Assembly (NCBI GenBank): GCA_965202985.1
Contig: CBDBCF010000001.1
Coordinates: 1,408,001-1,472,000, forward strand
Length of the DNA: 64,000 bases
Direction: 5' to 3'
DNA from: Longimicrobiales bacterium
GTDB taxonomy: Bacteria; Gemmatimonadota; Gemmatimonadetes; Longimicrobiales; Gaopeijiaceae
Below are positions 31,776-42,314 of the stretch, one piece after another. The translations under genes were made by a program, and so were the position numbers. Under the pieces are notes generated by a model. That model saw only the letters and a program-made list of their open reading frames with translations, was not told the DNA's origin and searched no databases. Positions within the stretch are counted from its first letter, which is position 1. Every line of letters begins with the position of its first letter.

Positions 31776-34700
31776 CGGCGGTCCACCAAGCGCCGTATTT
31801 CCTGTACTGCAACCGACAAGCCGGCCAGGGAGACGCCCTTTTCGGCGGTCACCTCTTCCAAGACTTCGTGGAAGCGGCGCAGCTCGGGGCGGTTCCGAAT
31901 CACGGAGGCGTCTGCGATCCCCGGTCCGTCGCCGGTCAGCCCCTCTTCCGTCAACCGGCGGCGGATCGCGCCCAGGTCGTTGATCAGGCCCAGGCCCCAG
32001 CGGCGCTCCCAGCGGCCCGACGCGCCGGCTCTCTCGATCGTCCGCGCGAGCCAGGGCATTCGCAACTGTTCGGTGACGCGGTAGTAGACGACGGCGGCGT
32101 TCACGGGGTCGGTGCCGGTGGTCCGGGCCAGGTCGAGGATCTCCAGCAGGTGGTCCAGGAAGCGCAACGTGATGAAGTTGCGCGCGAAGTGCTGGTCCAC
32201 GCCCAGCTTGCCGATCTCCTTGACCAAGTTGTCGAACACGTCCCGGTCGTCGCCCGCCACGATCTCGTGGAACTTGCCGCGCAAAGACGCCAGGTCGCGC
32301 AGATTCCGCTCCACGAACTCGCGGGCGGGCTCGGCGGGGTCGCAGTTGGCCAGCACCCAGCGGGTCGTCCGCTCCAGCACGCGTGCCAGCCCCATCGTCC
32401 AGCGGTAGGCGACGCCGGTGGACACTGTGGCCTCGCGGGAGCGCACCTCCTGCATGAGCGACTGGTGGTTCGTCAGCTGCGAGGACACCAGCCACGCACG
32501 CACCACTTCGGCGGGCGCTCGGCCCGTCTCGCGCGCGACGCGGCCCACGAACGCGGCGCCCATCAGGTCCACCATGTCGTTGGTGAGCCGGCTGGCCACG
32601 ATCTCGCGGCGCAGTCGGTGCTGGGCGGCCTGTTTGCGGCCCACGAACGCCACGCACTCTTCGGGGAAGTAGTCGTAGAAGTACTCGACGGCGGCGGGGT
32701 CGTCCGGCAGCTCGGACGCGAGCAGCTCCGACTGCACGTGCAGCTTGGTGTACGACATCAGCACGGCGAGCTCGGGGCGCGTCATCGACTGGTGCGACTC
32801 GCGGCGCATGTTCAGCTGGTCCCAAGACGGCAGCCCCTCGGCGCTCCGGTCCAGCAGTCCGGTGCGGACCAGGTCGTTCATCAGGGCCCAGAAGTGGTCG
32901 GTCCCGCGACGAGCCCGGTACTCGTCCAGCGACACGGCGCGGCTGTGCGACTCGCTGTCGCGCAGCACCTGCGCCGCCACGGAGTCGGTCATGCGTTGCA
33001 GCAGCTGGTTGCGCTCGTCGAACGTCGCCCGTCCCGAACGAAGGGCGTGTCCAAGCAGGATCTTCAGGTTCACTTCGCGGTCCGACAGGTTCACGCCGCC
33101 GGAGTTGTCCAGGGCGTCGGTGTTGATCCGCCCGCCCGCCAAGGCGTACTCGACCCGCGCGGCCTGCGTGAACCCCAGGTTGCCGCCCTCGCCCACGACC
33201 TTGGCCCGCAACTCGCCGGCGTCCACGCGCACGGGATCGTTGGAGGGGTCGCCGGCGTCGGCGTCGGTCTCCCATCCGGCCTTCACGTAGGTGCCGATGC
33301 CCCCGTTCCACAGCAGTTCGACGGGCGACAGCAGAACGGCCCGGATCAGGCTTTCGCCGTCGAGCTCCATCACGCCGGGCTCCAGGCCCAAGGCCTCGCG
33401 AGCCTGGTCGGTCAGCTCCACGGACTTGAGGCTTCGGGGCACGATCATGCCGCCGGGCGACAGCTTGCTCCGATCGTAGTCGTCCCACGACGAGCGGCCC
33501 AGGTCGAAGAGCCGGCGGCGCTCCTCGAACGACGACTCCGGGTCCGGGTCCGGGTCGATGAAGACGTGGCGGTGGTCGAAGGCCGCCACCAAGCGTGTCC
33601 GGCGCGACAGCAGCATCCCGTTGCCGAAGACGTCGCCGCTCATGTCGCCGATGCCGGCCACTGTGAACGGCTCGTCCTGGATGTCCTTGCCGGTCTCGCG
33701 GAAGTGGCGCTTGACCGACTCCCACGCGCCGCCCGCGGTGATCCCCACCTCCTTGTGGTCGTAGCCGTTGGAGCCCCCGGACGCGAAGGCGTCGCCCAGC
33801 CAGTAGTCGTACTCCTCCGCCACCGCGTTGGCCGTGTCGGAGAACCGGGCCGTGCCCTTGTCGGCCGCGACGACCAAATACGGGTCCGGCGGGTCGTAGC
33901 GCACCAAGTCCTTGGGCGACGCGGGTTCGCCGTTCAGGTTGTCGGTCACGTCCAGCAGGCCCCGGATCAAGGTGCGGTACTGCTCCTGAACCTCCCCGGC
34001 CATCGCCGCGCGGTCCGGCAGCTCCCGCAGGCACACGAATCCACCCTTCGACCCGCCGGGAACGATCACCGCGTTCTTGACGATCTGCGTGTTGACCAGC
34101 CCCAGCACCTCGGTGCGGAAGTCGTCCGGCCGATCGGAGTGGCGGATGCCGCCTCTGGCCACCGCCGCGCCGCGCAAGTGCACGCCCTCCATGCGGGGCG
34201 ACTGCACCCATATCTCGAACTTGAGCCGGCTCTTGGCGATCCCCTGCAACCGCGCGCAGTCGAACTTGAACGACACGTAGGGAGCGCCCCCCGAGCGGCG
34301 AACCGGCTCGGTCCCCAGCGTCAGGAAGTAGTTCGTGCGGATCGTCGCCCGGACGACCGTCTGCAAGGCCCGCAGCGCACGGTCGAACGCCAGCGAACTC
34401 ACGCCGTCCAGGGCTTCGGCGAACCGACGCCGCAGCCGGGCCGCCTGCACGTTCCGGGCCGCCTTGTCCCGTCGATAGTCGGGCGCGTCGGGCGACGGGG
34501 GCTCGAAGCGCACCCGGAAGAAGTCGAACAAGAGCCGGCCCGCGCCGGGGTGGACGCCCAGCGCCGTGGGCAGCACTTCTTGGCTGGGAACCGCCCCGAT
34601 CTGGAAGGCGTAGTGGGCGTAGGCCCGCACGACCGCCACTTCCTTCCACGTCAAGCCGGTGTGCTGCACCAGGCGATTGAAGGCGTCGTTGCTGGCGTCT

Positions 34701-36766
34701 CCGGCCAAGACGGCCAGGATCGCGTCCGACAGGACCTCGCCCCGGCGCTTCACGTCCAGCCGGGTGCCGCCCGAAGACTGCACGTTGAAGCTGTAGATCA
34801 CGGCGCCGCCGTCGTCGCCCTGCCCGCGGATCTCGAAGGGAGAGACGGCGATGACTTGAAGGCCGCAGTTCTCCAACACCGGCATGAACTCCGACAGGAC
34901 GATCTGCTTGCCCCGCACGTAGACCTTCAACTCGCAACCGCCGTGGCCGGGGGCGTCCTGCCACTCCGGGTCGTCGAAGAACCACACCGACTTCTGGGCC
35001 CCGTCGGCGATCATCGTCTCCAAGACCAAGACGTCGCGCACAGCGACCTCCGGGCTGCTCGCGGCCTTGTACTCGGGGGCGAACGCGGCGCCGTAGTGGG
35101 CCGCTAGGCGACGGGCCTCGTCGGGCGGGCGCTCCTCCGCCAGCCGCGCCTGCACTTCGTCCAGCCACGAGCGGGTCAGGTCGGCCACGGTCTGCTCGAG
35201 CGCGGCGGCGTCCACCTCGGCCAAGCGGTCCTTGGGGCCGCCCAGGTAGAAGTGGAGCCGGGCTTGGTCGCCCGCGTTCATCGACAGGTGGTAGTTCCGG
35301 ATCTCGGCGTCGTAGCGCTTGGACAGGGCCGAACCGAACTCCTTGCGGAAGGCGCCCGAGAAGCGGCTGCGGGGAAGCACGACCATGATCGCAACGCCGC
35401 GCCCCAGCTCGTCGTGGCGCACCGTCACCGTCACGTCGCCGGTGTTGTAGCGCCCGATGATCGTCTCGATGTCGGCCTCGATCTCGGCCTCCGCCGCCAG
35501 GAAGAGCTCCTCCCTAGGCAGCGAGTCGAAGATCGTGATGATCTCCTTGTAGTCGTGGCCCGTCTCCGCCACGCCCGACCGGGCCAGGATGCTGTCCAGC
35601 TTCTTGCGCAGGATGGGAATGTCCTGCGCGGAGTCCGAGTACGCCTTCGAAGTGAACAGGCCGATGAAGCGGTGCTCGCCGACCACGCCGCGGCTCGCGT
35701 CCAGCTTCATCACGCTCACGTAGTCCATGCGCGCCCGCCGGTGGACCGTGGACTCCGCGTTGGTCTTGCTGATGAACAAGACGGGACCGGAGAACGCCCG
35801 GTCGCGCAGCTCCTTGGGCAGGCGGCTCATCGGCACCGGCTTCCGGAACGACGACCGCGTTTCGTCGCGGAGGATGCCCAGCCCCGAACCCGCCTTGGCC
35901 ACTACGGCCTTCTCGCCCCCCGGCGCCGTTTCCGCGAACTCGTAATAGCGGTAGCCCAAGAAGACGAAGGCCCCGTCGCGAAGCCAGCGCAGGAACGCCT
36001 GCACCTCTTCCAGCTCGGCCCGTCGTTCCCCGTCGTCGCGGCTGCGGTAGCCCAGCTCGGCCACCACGTCGGTGGCGGTGCCCAGCATGGCGCGGAAGTC
36101 GTCGGTGGCCTTGACCACGTCGCCCAAGCGCCGGACGATCTCGCCCTCCAGCTCCCGCAGCACGTCGTCGCCCGCGACCTCCGCCACTTCGTAGTAGACC
36201 AGCGACTCGGCAGGACTGTCGCCGTCGCTTCTCGGACGAATGTCCACGATGCGGCCCGCCTCGTCGCGGTCCACGGACATGACCGGGTACAGGCGGTGGC
36301 TCAGCTTCAGCTCCCGCGACGACAGGAACTCGCGGATCGTGTCCACGATGAAGGGGCGCTCGGAGATGTTCGTCCGCACGACCGTGACGGGGCCGGCGGC
36401 GGTGGCGTCGTCGCCGGAGCCGGAGCTCAGGACCTCCACGTCGACGTGGTCCGGCCGACTTCGCTCCAGGAACCGCAGCGAGTCCATGCACATCCGGGCC
36501 AAGCCTTGGGCGCCCCGCGCCTCCAGAAGGGCCAACGGCGCCTTGCGCAAGAAGAGCGGGACGAACTTCTCGGCCAAGGCCAGGCCTTCTTCGTCCAGGC
36601 CTTCTTCGTCCAAGCCGGCCCGAAGCAAAGCAACGACTTCGTCGATGGCCGGAGCCCTGTCGGGCGTGTTGGCCGCCGTCCCGGAGGATTCGGAGAAGAG
36701 CTTCAAGGCATCGTCGCCCGCGCGCCTGGGACTAGCCGAGCGCACTTGGATCGGCCCAGGAACCAC
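31769..36766 (-). CDS. gdhB: Large NAD-specific glutamate dehydrogenase (start uncertain, possibly 36706)
   Basis: ACT-like N-region; VARGGIRHSDR, VKNAVIVPGGSKGGF, DPYLVVAADKGTA, GYDHK, GIGDMSGDVFGNGML, GEGGNLG, DNSGGVNLSDREVN. Confidence 0.95.
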   Translation of the reverse strand: MVPGPIQVRSASPRRAGDDALKLFSESSGTAANTPDRAPAIDEVVALLRAGLDEEGLDEEGLALAEKFVPLFLRKAPLALLEARGAQGLARMCMDSLRFLERSRPDHVDVEVLSSGSGDDATAAGPVTVVRTNISERPFIVDTIREFLSSRELKLSHRLYPVMSVDRDEAGRIVDIRPRSDGDSPAESLVYYEVAEVAGDDVLRELEGEIVRRLGDVVKATDDFRAMLGTATDVVAELGYRSRDDGERRAELEEVQAFLRWLRDGAFVFLGYRYYEFAETAPGGEKAVVAKAGSGLGILRDETRSSFRKPVPMSRLPKELRDRAFSGPVLFISKTNAESTVHRRARMDYVSVMKLDASRGVVGEHRFIGLFTSKAYSDSAQDIPILRKKLDSILARSGVAETGHDYKEIITIFDSLPREELFLAAEAEIEADIETIIGRYNTGDVTVTVRHDELGRGVAIMVVLPRSRFSGAFRKEFGSALSKRYDAEIRNYHLSMNAGDQARLHFYLGGPKDRLAEVDAAALEQTVADLTRSWLDEVQARLAEERPPDEARRLAAHYGAAFAPEYKAASSPEVAVRDVLVLETMIADGAQKSVWFFDDPEWQDAPGHGGCELKVYVRGKQIVLSEFMPVLENCGLQVIAVSPFEIRGQGDDGGAVIYSFNVQSSGGTRLDVKRRGEVLSDAILAVLAGDASNDAFNRLVQHTGLTWKEVAVVRAYAHYAFQIGAVPSQEVLPTALGVHPGAGRLLFDFFRVRFEPPSPDAPDYRRDKAARNVQAARLRRRFAEALDGVSSLAFDRALRALQTVVRATIRTNYFLTLGTEPVRRSGGAPYVSFKFDCARLQGIAKSRLKFEIWVQSPRMEGVHLRGAAVARGGIRHSDRPDDFRTEVLGLVNTQIVKNAVIVPGGSKGGFVCLRELPDRAAMAGEVQEQYRTLIRGLLDVTDNLNGEPASPKDLVRYDPPDPYLVVAADKGTARFSDTANAVAEEYDYWLGDAFASGGSNGYDHKEVGITAGGAWESVKRHFRETGKDIQDEPFTVAGIGDMSGDVFGNGMLLSRRTRLVAAFDHRHVFIDPDPDPESSFEERRRLFDLGRSSWDDYDRSKLSPGGMIVPRSLKSVELTDQAREALGLEPGVMELDGESLIRAVLLSPVELLWNGGIGTYVKAGWETDADAGDPSNDPVRVDAGELRAKVVGEGGNLGFTQAARVEYALAGGRINTDALDNSGGVNLSDREVNLKILLGHALRSGRATFDERNQLLQRMTDSVAAQVLRDSESHSRAVSLDEYRARRGTDHFWALMNDLVRTGLLDRSAEGLPSWDQLNMRRESHQSMTRPELAVLMSYTKLHVQSELLASELPDDPAAVEYFYDYFPEECVAFVGRKQAAQHRLRREIVASRLTNDMVDLMGAAFVGRVARETGRAPAEVVRAWLVSSQLTNHQSLMQEVRSREATVSTGVAYRWTMGLARVLERTTRWVLANCDPAEPAREFVERNLRDLASLRGKFHEIVAGDDRDVFDNLVKEIGKLGVDQHFARNFITLRFLDHLLEILDLARTTGTDPVNAAVVYYRVTEQLRMPWLARTIERAGASGRWERRWGLGLINDLGAIRRRLTEEGLTGDGPGIADASVIRNRPELRRFHEVLEEVTAEKGVSLAGLSVAVQEIRRLVDRRC

Positions 36767-36846
36767 GGTCCCCGGAGCCGTCCGGTTCGAGAAGCATAGC
36801 GCCCAACGTTACTTTTTTTGCATCGCGTCGTCCAGCCTCCCCCCGC

Positions 36847-38172
36847 TTGGGACTGTTGCACTTGCGCCTGCTTCACATTGCCGACGTTCACTTGGACACG
36901 GCCTTCGCCAGCCGCTCTCGGGAGGTCCGGGACCGGTTGCGCAGCGCTTCGCGAGAGGCGTTCGCCCGTGCGGTGGACGTTGCGCTCGATGAACGCGTGG
37001 ACGCCTTGTTGATCGCGGGCGACCTCTTCGACGGCGCAGAGCTGTTGTTCGAGACCGAGCGCTTCTTGCTGGAGCAGCTTGCGCGCCTGGACCAAGGGGG
37101 CGTGCAGGTCGTCTACGCCACGGGCAACCACGATCCGGGCGACGCGGCTCGTGCCGGCGGCCTGGCGTGGCCGGAAAGCACGACGGTCGTGGCTACCGCC
37201 CAGCCGCAGGCGGTGCCCGTGCTGGGACGAGACGGCAACACGGCGGGCTGGGTGACCGCGGCGGGCCACGCCGCCGCCCGCGAGACCGCGGACCTTTCGT
37301 TGGCAATGCGGCCCCGGCCGGGCACTTCGCTGCCCCAGGCGGCGTTGCTTCACACGCAGGTTTCGTCGGGCAAAGCAAGGCCCGGCGGAGACGCGGCGCA
37401 GGCCGACGCGGCAGGCGGAGTCGCGCCCCACTCCGGCGTTCACGGACCCTACGCGCCCTCCAACGTCGAGAACCTTCGGCGGGCGGGCTTCCACTACTGG
37501 GCGCTGGGGCACGTGCACCGCCGACAGGTCGTGTCGGACGATCCTCCGATTCACTATGCCGGCAACCTGCAGGGCCGGAACCCCGCCGAGACCGGACCCA
37601 AGGGCGGACTGCTGGTGGAGCTGGGCGACCTAGCCGACCCGCCTTCGGTCGAGTTTCGCGAATTCGCGCCGGTGCGCTGGGAGTGCTTGGTCGTCTCGGG
37701 CCTGGAGGACGCGCGAACGCTGGAACACCTGGTGCATGCAACGGCGGAAGTCTGGGACCGGCAGCGGACCACGGACCCAGGCGGGCCGGACACGGAGTGG
37801 ATGGCGGTCGTGGCGCTGGTCGGGCCGACGGCGCTGTGGCGCCAGCTGCGGCGGGCAGGCGAAGTTGAGACGCTCGAAGACGAGTTGGCCGCTCGGCTGG
37901 GCGTGCTGGGCGTCGAGCTTCGGACCGCGGCGGTGCGGCCCCGGATTCGCCCCGAAGAGCACGAGGAGCGGCGGGACGTGCTGGGCACGGTCCTGCGGCT
38001 GGCCAAGGAAGTGTCGGAGGGCGGCGCCGACTTGGGGCTGGCCCCCGGCGACTTCGCCGGCTTCGACCCGGAGCGCGACCCGTCCCTGGAAGCGTACGCG
38101 CGTCGGCTCATGGAGGGCGGCGCAGAAGAGATCGTGTCCAGGATGGTCGTGGAGAAGGACGGCCCCGCATGA
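36847..38172 (+). CDS. Mre11/SbcD-like DNA repair exonuclease (YhaO-like)
   Basis: ADVHLD, AGDLFD, GNHD, YWALGHVH, YAGNLQGR metallophosphoesterase motifs. Confidence 0.9.
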   Translation: MGLLHLRLLHIADVHLDTAFASRSREVRDRLRSASREAFARAVDVALDERVDALLIAGDLFDGAELLFETERFLLEQLARLDQGGVQVVYATGNHDPGDAARAGGLAWPESTTVVATAQPQAVPVLGRDGNTAGWVTAAGHAAARETADLSLAMRPRPGTSLPQAALLHTQVSSGKARPGGDAAQADAAGGVAPHSGVHGPYAPSNVENLRRAGFHYWALGHVHRRQVVSDDPPIHYAGNLQGRNPAETGPKGGLLVELGDLADPPSVEFREFAPVRWECLVVSGLEDARTLEHLVHATAEVWDRQRTTDPGGPDTEWMAVVALVGPTALWRQLRRAGEVETLEDELAARLGVLGVELRTAAVRPRIRPEEHEERRDVLGTVLRLAKEVSEGGADLGLAPGDFAGFDPERDPSLEAYARRLMEGGAEEIVSRMVVEKDGPA

Positions 38173-41024
38173 GGTTCGACGCTATCCGGATCGACCGGTA
38201 CGGGCGCCTCGCCGAGCTGTCGGCGGGGGATCCCGGTCGCTTGGGCGCGTCCGGCCTGCCCGTCATTGTCGTGATCTTGGGCCCCAACGAGAGCGGCAAG
38301 TCCACCTTCTTCTCGTTCCTGACGACCGTGCTCTACGGCTTCAAGCCTGCCGCTCGGGAACGCCATCCCTACGCCCCTTGGGACGGCGGCGACCCCGCGG
38401 GCTGGGCACGGATCGCGCTGGACGACGGCTCGACGCTGGAGGTGAGCCGCCGCCTTCGCGCGTCGCCGGCGGGAACGGTGGTCGTGGACGGGCGCGCGGA
38501 AGAGGTCCGCAACCGACCGCTGGAGGCGGCCCGACACGTGTCGCGGACCGTCTACCGCCAGGTTTACGCCCTGTGCCTGTCCGAGCTGGCCGCCCTGCAA
38601 GGGGAAAGCTGGGACTTGGTGCAGGACCGGCTGGTCGGCGCGTTGGGCTCGCCGGACTTGCGACCTGCGCGCGTCGTGGCGAGCGAGTTCGACGCCGACG
38701 CCAACGCGCTGTGGCGACCCGACCGGCGGGGCCGTCCCGCGGTGCGCGGCTTGCGGGAGGAGCTGGCGCACCTTGCGGGCCGGCTGCGGGAAGCGCGGTC
38801 GCGCGACCGGGAGCTGCGCGGCAAGGTGGAGGAGCGGGCGGCGGCGGAAGCGGAGATCGAAAGGCTGCAGGAACGGCGGCAGGCAGTGCGGGCACGTCGT
38901 GCCGTGCTGGAGGACCGGCTCACTCGGCTCCGTCCCGTGACGCGCGCCCTGGCCCGCATCCGCGAGCTGCGCGAAGCCGGCAGCGGCGAGTTCTCGGACT
39001 TGGCGGCGGACCCGCGCGGACAGCTGGCGGCGCTGCGCCTGCGACGGCAGGACGCCGAGGATCGGATCGTGGAACTCCGGCGACGGGCGACCGAAGCCAG
39101 GGAGGCGATCCGCGAACACGGCGGGCGCCACCGCGAGCGGAGGGAGGTCGAAGCGCCGCTTCGCGAGGCCGCGCGCTTGGCCGCCGAGCTGGAAGTGCTG
39201 GAGGCCGATGCCGCGCGGGCGTCGGAAGAGGCCGGCGAGTTGGGTGCGCGCTGCGAGGAGCAGGCCGGTCTCTTGTTCTCGGTTCCCTTCGCCGAGATCG
39301 AGACCGGGGCGCTGGAGGGGCTTCCCGCCACCGACGTGCACGCGCGCTTGGAAGAAGTGGCTCGTGTGCACGACGAGCGCCGGATCGCCGAGGAGGGCCT
39401 GCGTGCGAAGCTGCCGGCCACGGCCGACGCGGCGGCGCCGGGACGCGGGCGCTTGGTGGCGGGGCTGGCGACAGCGGTGGTCGGCGGCGGGCTGGCGACA
39501 GCGTTCTTTGCCGGTGGCGGCGGGCCGGCGCGGGGACTGGCGTCGGGGGCAGGCGCGTCGGGGGCCAGCGGCGCAACGGAAGAGAGTGGCGTGGCGGGCT
39601 GGGTGGCAGATCTGCTCCCCGGCGTGGCGTTGCCGGTCGTCGCTGCGGTATTGGTGGCGGTCGGGCTGGCGGTGGCGGCCCAGTGGGCGGAAACGAACCG
39701 ACGCGCCAAGAGGCGGCGGGACTCGCTGGAGGCCGCCATGCAGGAGAACGACCAACGCATCGAGGTGCTTCGGGGGCAGGAGGCGAGAGCCAGGGAGGCC
39801 GTGGCGGCCGCCGTGGAGGGGCTGCCCGTCCTGTCGGCCCTGCTGGACGCGCCTCGACTTGGGTTGGCGGCGGCCCTGGAGCGCATGTCGGAGTTGGCGG
39901 CGCGCCGAAAAGCGCAGACCGCGGCGGCGGACGAGCTTCGTCGGAGGGTGAAAGAGACGCGGGGCGAGATTGGTCGGCTGGCCGCGAAGGCGGGAGTTGC
40001 CTTTGGCGAGGCCAGCGAGGCGCACGCCGTCTTGGCGGAGGCGCTGGAGGCGGCGGAAGAGGCCGGAAAGGCGACGGCAACAGCGCACCGGGAGCTGGAG
40101 CGGGCCGAGGGCGAGGCGGCCGAAGCGGCGCGGCAGTGGGAGGGGGCGGGAGAAGAACTCAGGGCGCTGGAGGAGCGGTTGGCCGAGTTCGGCGACGGCG
40201 ACGCGGACCGTGGCGCCGAGGCCGTGGCCGCGCGAATGGAGGCCCGAAGCCGGGCCGACCGGTTGGAGGACGAGTTGCGTCGCGAGCACCCGGGCGTGCT
40301 GGACGACCTGGCGGCAGAAGTTGGCGAGGCCGAGAGCCAGGGAGAGACTTGGGACGGGCTGGAAGACGCCGTGGAGGCGGAGGTCCGCCGGGGGAGGCGC
40401 TTGGACGCCGAGGCCGAAGAACTGAGGGCGGCTACCGGCCGCATGGACAGCGACATCGGCCACTTGGGAGAAGGAGAGCGCGCCGACGAAGTCGAAGGTC
40501 GTGCTCAAGTGGTGCGCGCACGGATCGCAGAGACCGAGGAGGCCCGCGACCGCGCCTTCCTTCTGGCACGCTTGGTGGAAGCGGGCGATCGGCGCTTCCG
40601 GGCCCGGCATCAGCCCACCTTGTTGTTGCGGGCGGGAGAGCACCTTCGCCAGATCACGGGAAGCCGCTACGACCGGATCGACGTCGGAGGCCCCGGCGAC
40701 GAATCCTTCTATCTGAGCGGGCCCTCCGAGCCTTCGCCGCGCCGCGTGGAGGGCTCCCTTTCCCAGGGCACCCGGGAACAGGTGTACTTGGCGCTCCGGC
40801 TGGCCGTCGTGGACCACCTGGACGAAGGCGAGGAACGTCTGCCCCTGATCATGGACGAGACGTTGGTCAACTGGGACGCGACCCGGCGAGACCGGGCCTT
40901 CGACCTCCTGGAGCAAGTCGCGCAGAACCGGCAGGTGTTCTTCTTCACCTGCCACCCGGCGATGGCGGCGGAGATGGAAGACCGGGGCGCCCAGGTCCTG
41001 GCCCTGAACAGGAACGCCGGATAG
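38169..41024 (+). CDS. YhaN-like AAA_27 SMC/Rad50-type coiled-coil ATPase with internal TM hairpin
   Basis: GPNESGKST, long coiled coils, central hydrophobic segments, LSQGTREQVYLALRL, PLIMDETLVNWD, FFTCH. Confidence 0.9.
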   Translation: MRFDAIRIDRYGRLAELSAGDPGRLGASGLPVIVVILGPNESGKSTFFSFLTTVLYGFKPAARERHPYAPWDGGDPAGWARIALDDGSTLEVSRRLRASPAGTVVVDGRAEEVRNRPLEAARHVSRTVYRQVYALCLSELAALQGESWDLVQDRLVGALGSPDLRPARVVASEFDADANALWRPDRRGRPAVRGLREELAHLAGRLREARSRDRELRGKVEERAAAEAEIERLQERRQAVRARRAVLEDRLTRLRPVTRALARIRELREAGSGEFSDLAADPRGQLAALRLRRQDAEDRIVELRRRATEAREAIREHGGRHRERREVEAPLREAARLAAELEVLEADAARASEEAGELGARCEEQAGLLFSVPFAEIETGALEGLPATDVHARLEEVARVHDERRIAEEGLRAKLPATADAAAPGRGRLVAGLATAVVGGGLATAFFAGGGGPARGLASGAGASGASGATEESGVAGWVADLLPGVALPVVAAVLVAVGLAVAAQWAETNRRAKRRRDSLEAAMQENDQRIEVLRGQEARAREAVAAAVEGLPVLSALLDAPRLGLAAALERMSELAARRKAQTAAADELRRRVKETRGEIGRLAAKAGVAFGEASEAHAVLAEALEAAEEAGKATATAHRELERAEGEAAEAARQWEGAGEELRALEERLAEFGDGDADRGAEAVAARMEARSRADRLEDELRREHPGVLDDLAAEVGEAESQGETWDGLEDAVEAEVRRGRRLDAEAEELRAATGRMDSDIGHLGEGERADEVEGRAQVVRARIAETEEARDRAFLLARLVEAGDRRFRARHQPTLLLRAGEHLRQITGSRYDRIDVGGPGDESFYLSGPSEPSPRRVEGSLSQGTREQVYLALRLAVVDHLDEGEERLPLIMDETLVNWDATRRDRAFDLLEQVAQNRQVFFFTCHPAMAAEMEDRGAQVLALNRNAG

Positions 41025-41126
41025 ACCCGCCGGAAGGCTCTCGACTACGGAAACGACGAGCCCGAAGGGTACCAGCGGCGGCGGCGGCGACAAGACTTTG
41101 CCTCCTGGTTGCGCGCGGGGGCGCGA

Positions 41127-41296
41127 GGAACGTGTAGTCCATAGCCGATCGGTGGGGGACGCCGAGATGAACACCGGGCGATTTGGGTGTCGGAGGGCGT
41201 ACAGCGGCAGTGAGAGGCTGGATCCGAGCGAAAATAGGGCGCGTAGGCCGTGCGAATCGCCCGCTTCTCCCCAATTTGCCCACCACTACACCTTCC
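41127..41296. mobile_element. Putative MITE or structured non-coding element
   Basis: 12-bp terminal inverted repeat with one mismatch (GGAACGTGTAGT / ACTACACCTTCC), nested IRs (GGTGGG / CCCACC; CGGGCGATT / AATCGCCCG), and no credible ORF. Confidence 0.45.
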
Positions 41297-41320
41297 AGAC
41301 AAAGGGCGCGGGCTTATGCC

Positions 41321-42142
41321 CTACGGGCTCCTAGTCCGCGCGGCTTCCTGGCGAGGGACGGGACGCAGGCGTTCCCGCAGCAGGGTGTAGATCATCTTGG
41401 CCCCCACTTTGAGCGACGACCCCGGGCGGCCCGAGATCTTGGAGCGCCCCAAGGAACGGGGAAGATGGGGAACGTTCACTTCGACCACAGCCAAGCCCAG
41501 CCGAAACGCCCGCAACTGCATCTGAAGGGTCCAGCCCCAGTTGCGGTCGTCCATCGCCAAACGCCGGAGCGCGTTGAAGCGAACGGCCCGAAACGGCGGC
41601 AGGTCCCGATATCGACACCCGAAGAGCATCCGAGCCAACGCCAGCACGAGCCGGTTCCCCGCGTTGGCGTGAGAACGAAAGTTGCCCGTCTTGCCCCCCG
41701 GTCCGGTGCGTACGCCCAGAACCAGGTCTGCGAGAGGAGGCGCCGACGGACTCGCAAGGGGTGTCTGCGCCTGCGAGCCGGTCGCAGGCCGGCTGTTCGG
41801 TTCCAGCGGCGCCAGCAGCCGCGGGATGTTTCCGGCATCTTCCGGGTGGTCCGCGTCCAGGAAGACCAGCGTGTCGGGCGGCGGCGCCAGCGCCTCCAAC
41901 CAAGCGATTCCTGCAAGGCACGCGACGCCGTAGCCCCGTTCTGTCTCCGTCACGACCACCGCGCCCGCGCTCCGAGCCGCGTCGGCCGTGCCGTCCCGAG
42001 AGCCGTTGTCCACGACCACGACCGCCTGCAACCGCTCTCTCGGCAATGCACGCAACACCGCCGGAAGCGCCTCCTCTTCGTCGAGTGCCGGTATCAACAC
42101 GGCCGTTCGTGCTAGTGGTGCGTCGCCCATCCGGCGTGACAC
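41321..42142 (-). CDS. Glycosyltransferase family 2 (DPM1-like)
   Basis: VLIPALDEE, VVDNGSRD, RGYGVAC, VFLDAD, DLPPFRAV, WGWTLQMQ, SKISG. RBS AAGGAGG before GTG. Confidence 0.9.
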   Translation of the reverse strand: MSRRMGDAPLARTAVLIPALDEEEALPAVLRALPRERLQAVVVVDNGSRDGTADAARSAGAVVVTETERGYGVACLAGIAWLEALAPPPDTLVFLDADHPEDAGNIPRLLAPLEPNSRPATGSQAQTPLASPSAPPLADLVLGVRTGPGGKTGNFRSHANAGNRLVLALARMLFGCRYRDLPPFRAVRFNALRRLAMDDRNWGWTLQMQLRAFRLGLAVVEVNVPHLPRSLGRSKISGRPGSSLKVGAKMIYTLLRERLRPVPRQEAARTRSP

Positions 42143-42314
42143 TTCCTCCTCCTTGTGCTCCGCCGTCGATCGAGCGCGCCCCGTGCCCACATCGCCAGCG
42201 TGTACGGCTCGCCGCACCGTCCTCCGAGGACAGCTCCGGCAACTTCGCACGTACCTCCCCAAATTCTGCGCGATCCCGCGTGCAACGCAACCTCAACATT
42301 TGGGCTTCCGGAGG

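Noticed and set aside
31481..35107. Long antisense ORFs (e.g. 31481..35107, 15644..18427, 37554..41174, 47175..49262)
   Set aside because: Expected stop-poor antisense frames of high-GC genes; no recognisable motifs.
31776..35168. 1522-aa ORF 30600..35168
   Set aside because: Shadow frame over gdhB; only the part from 31775 down has ATPase motifs.
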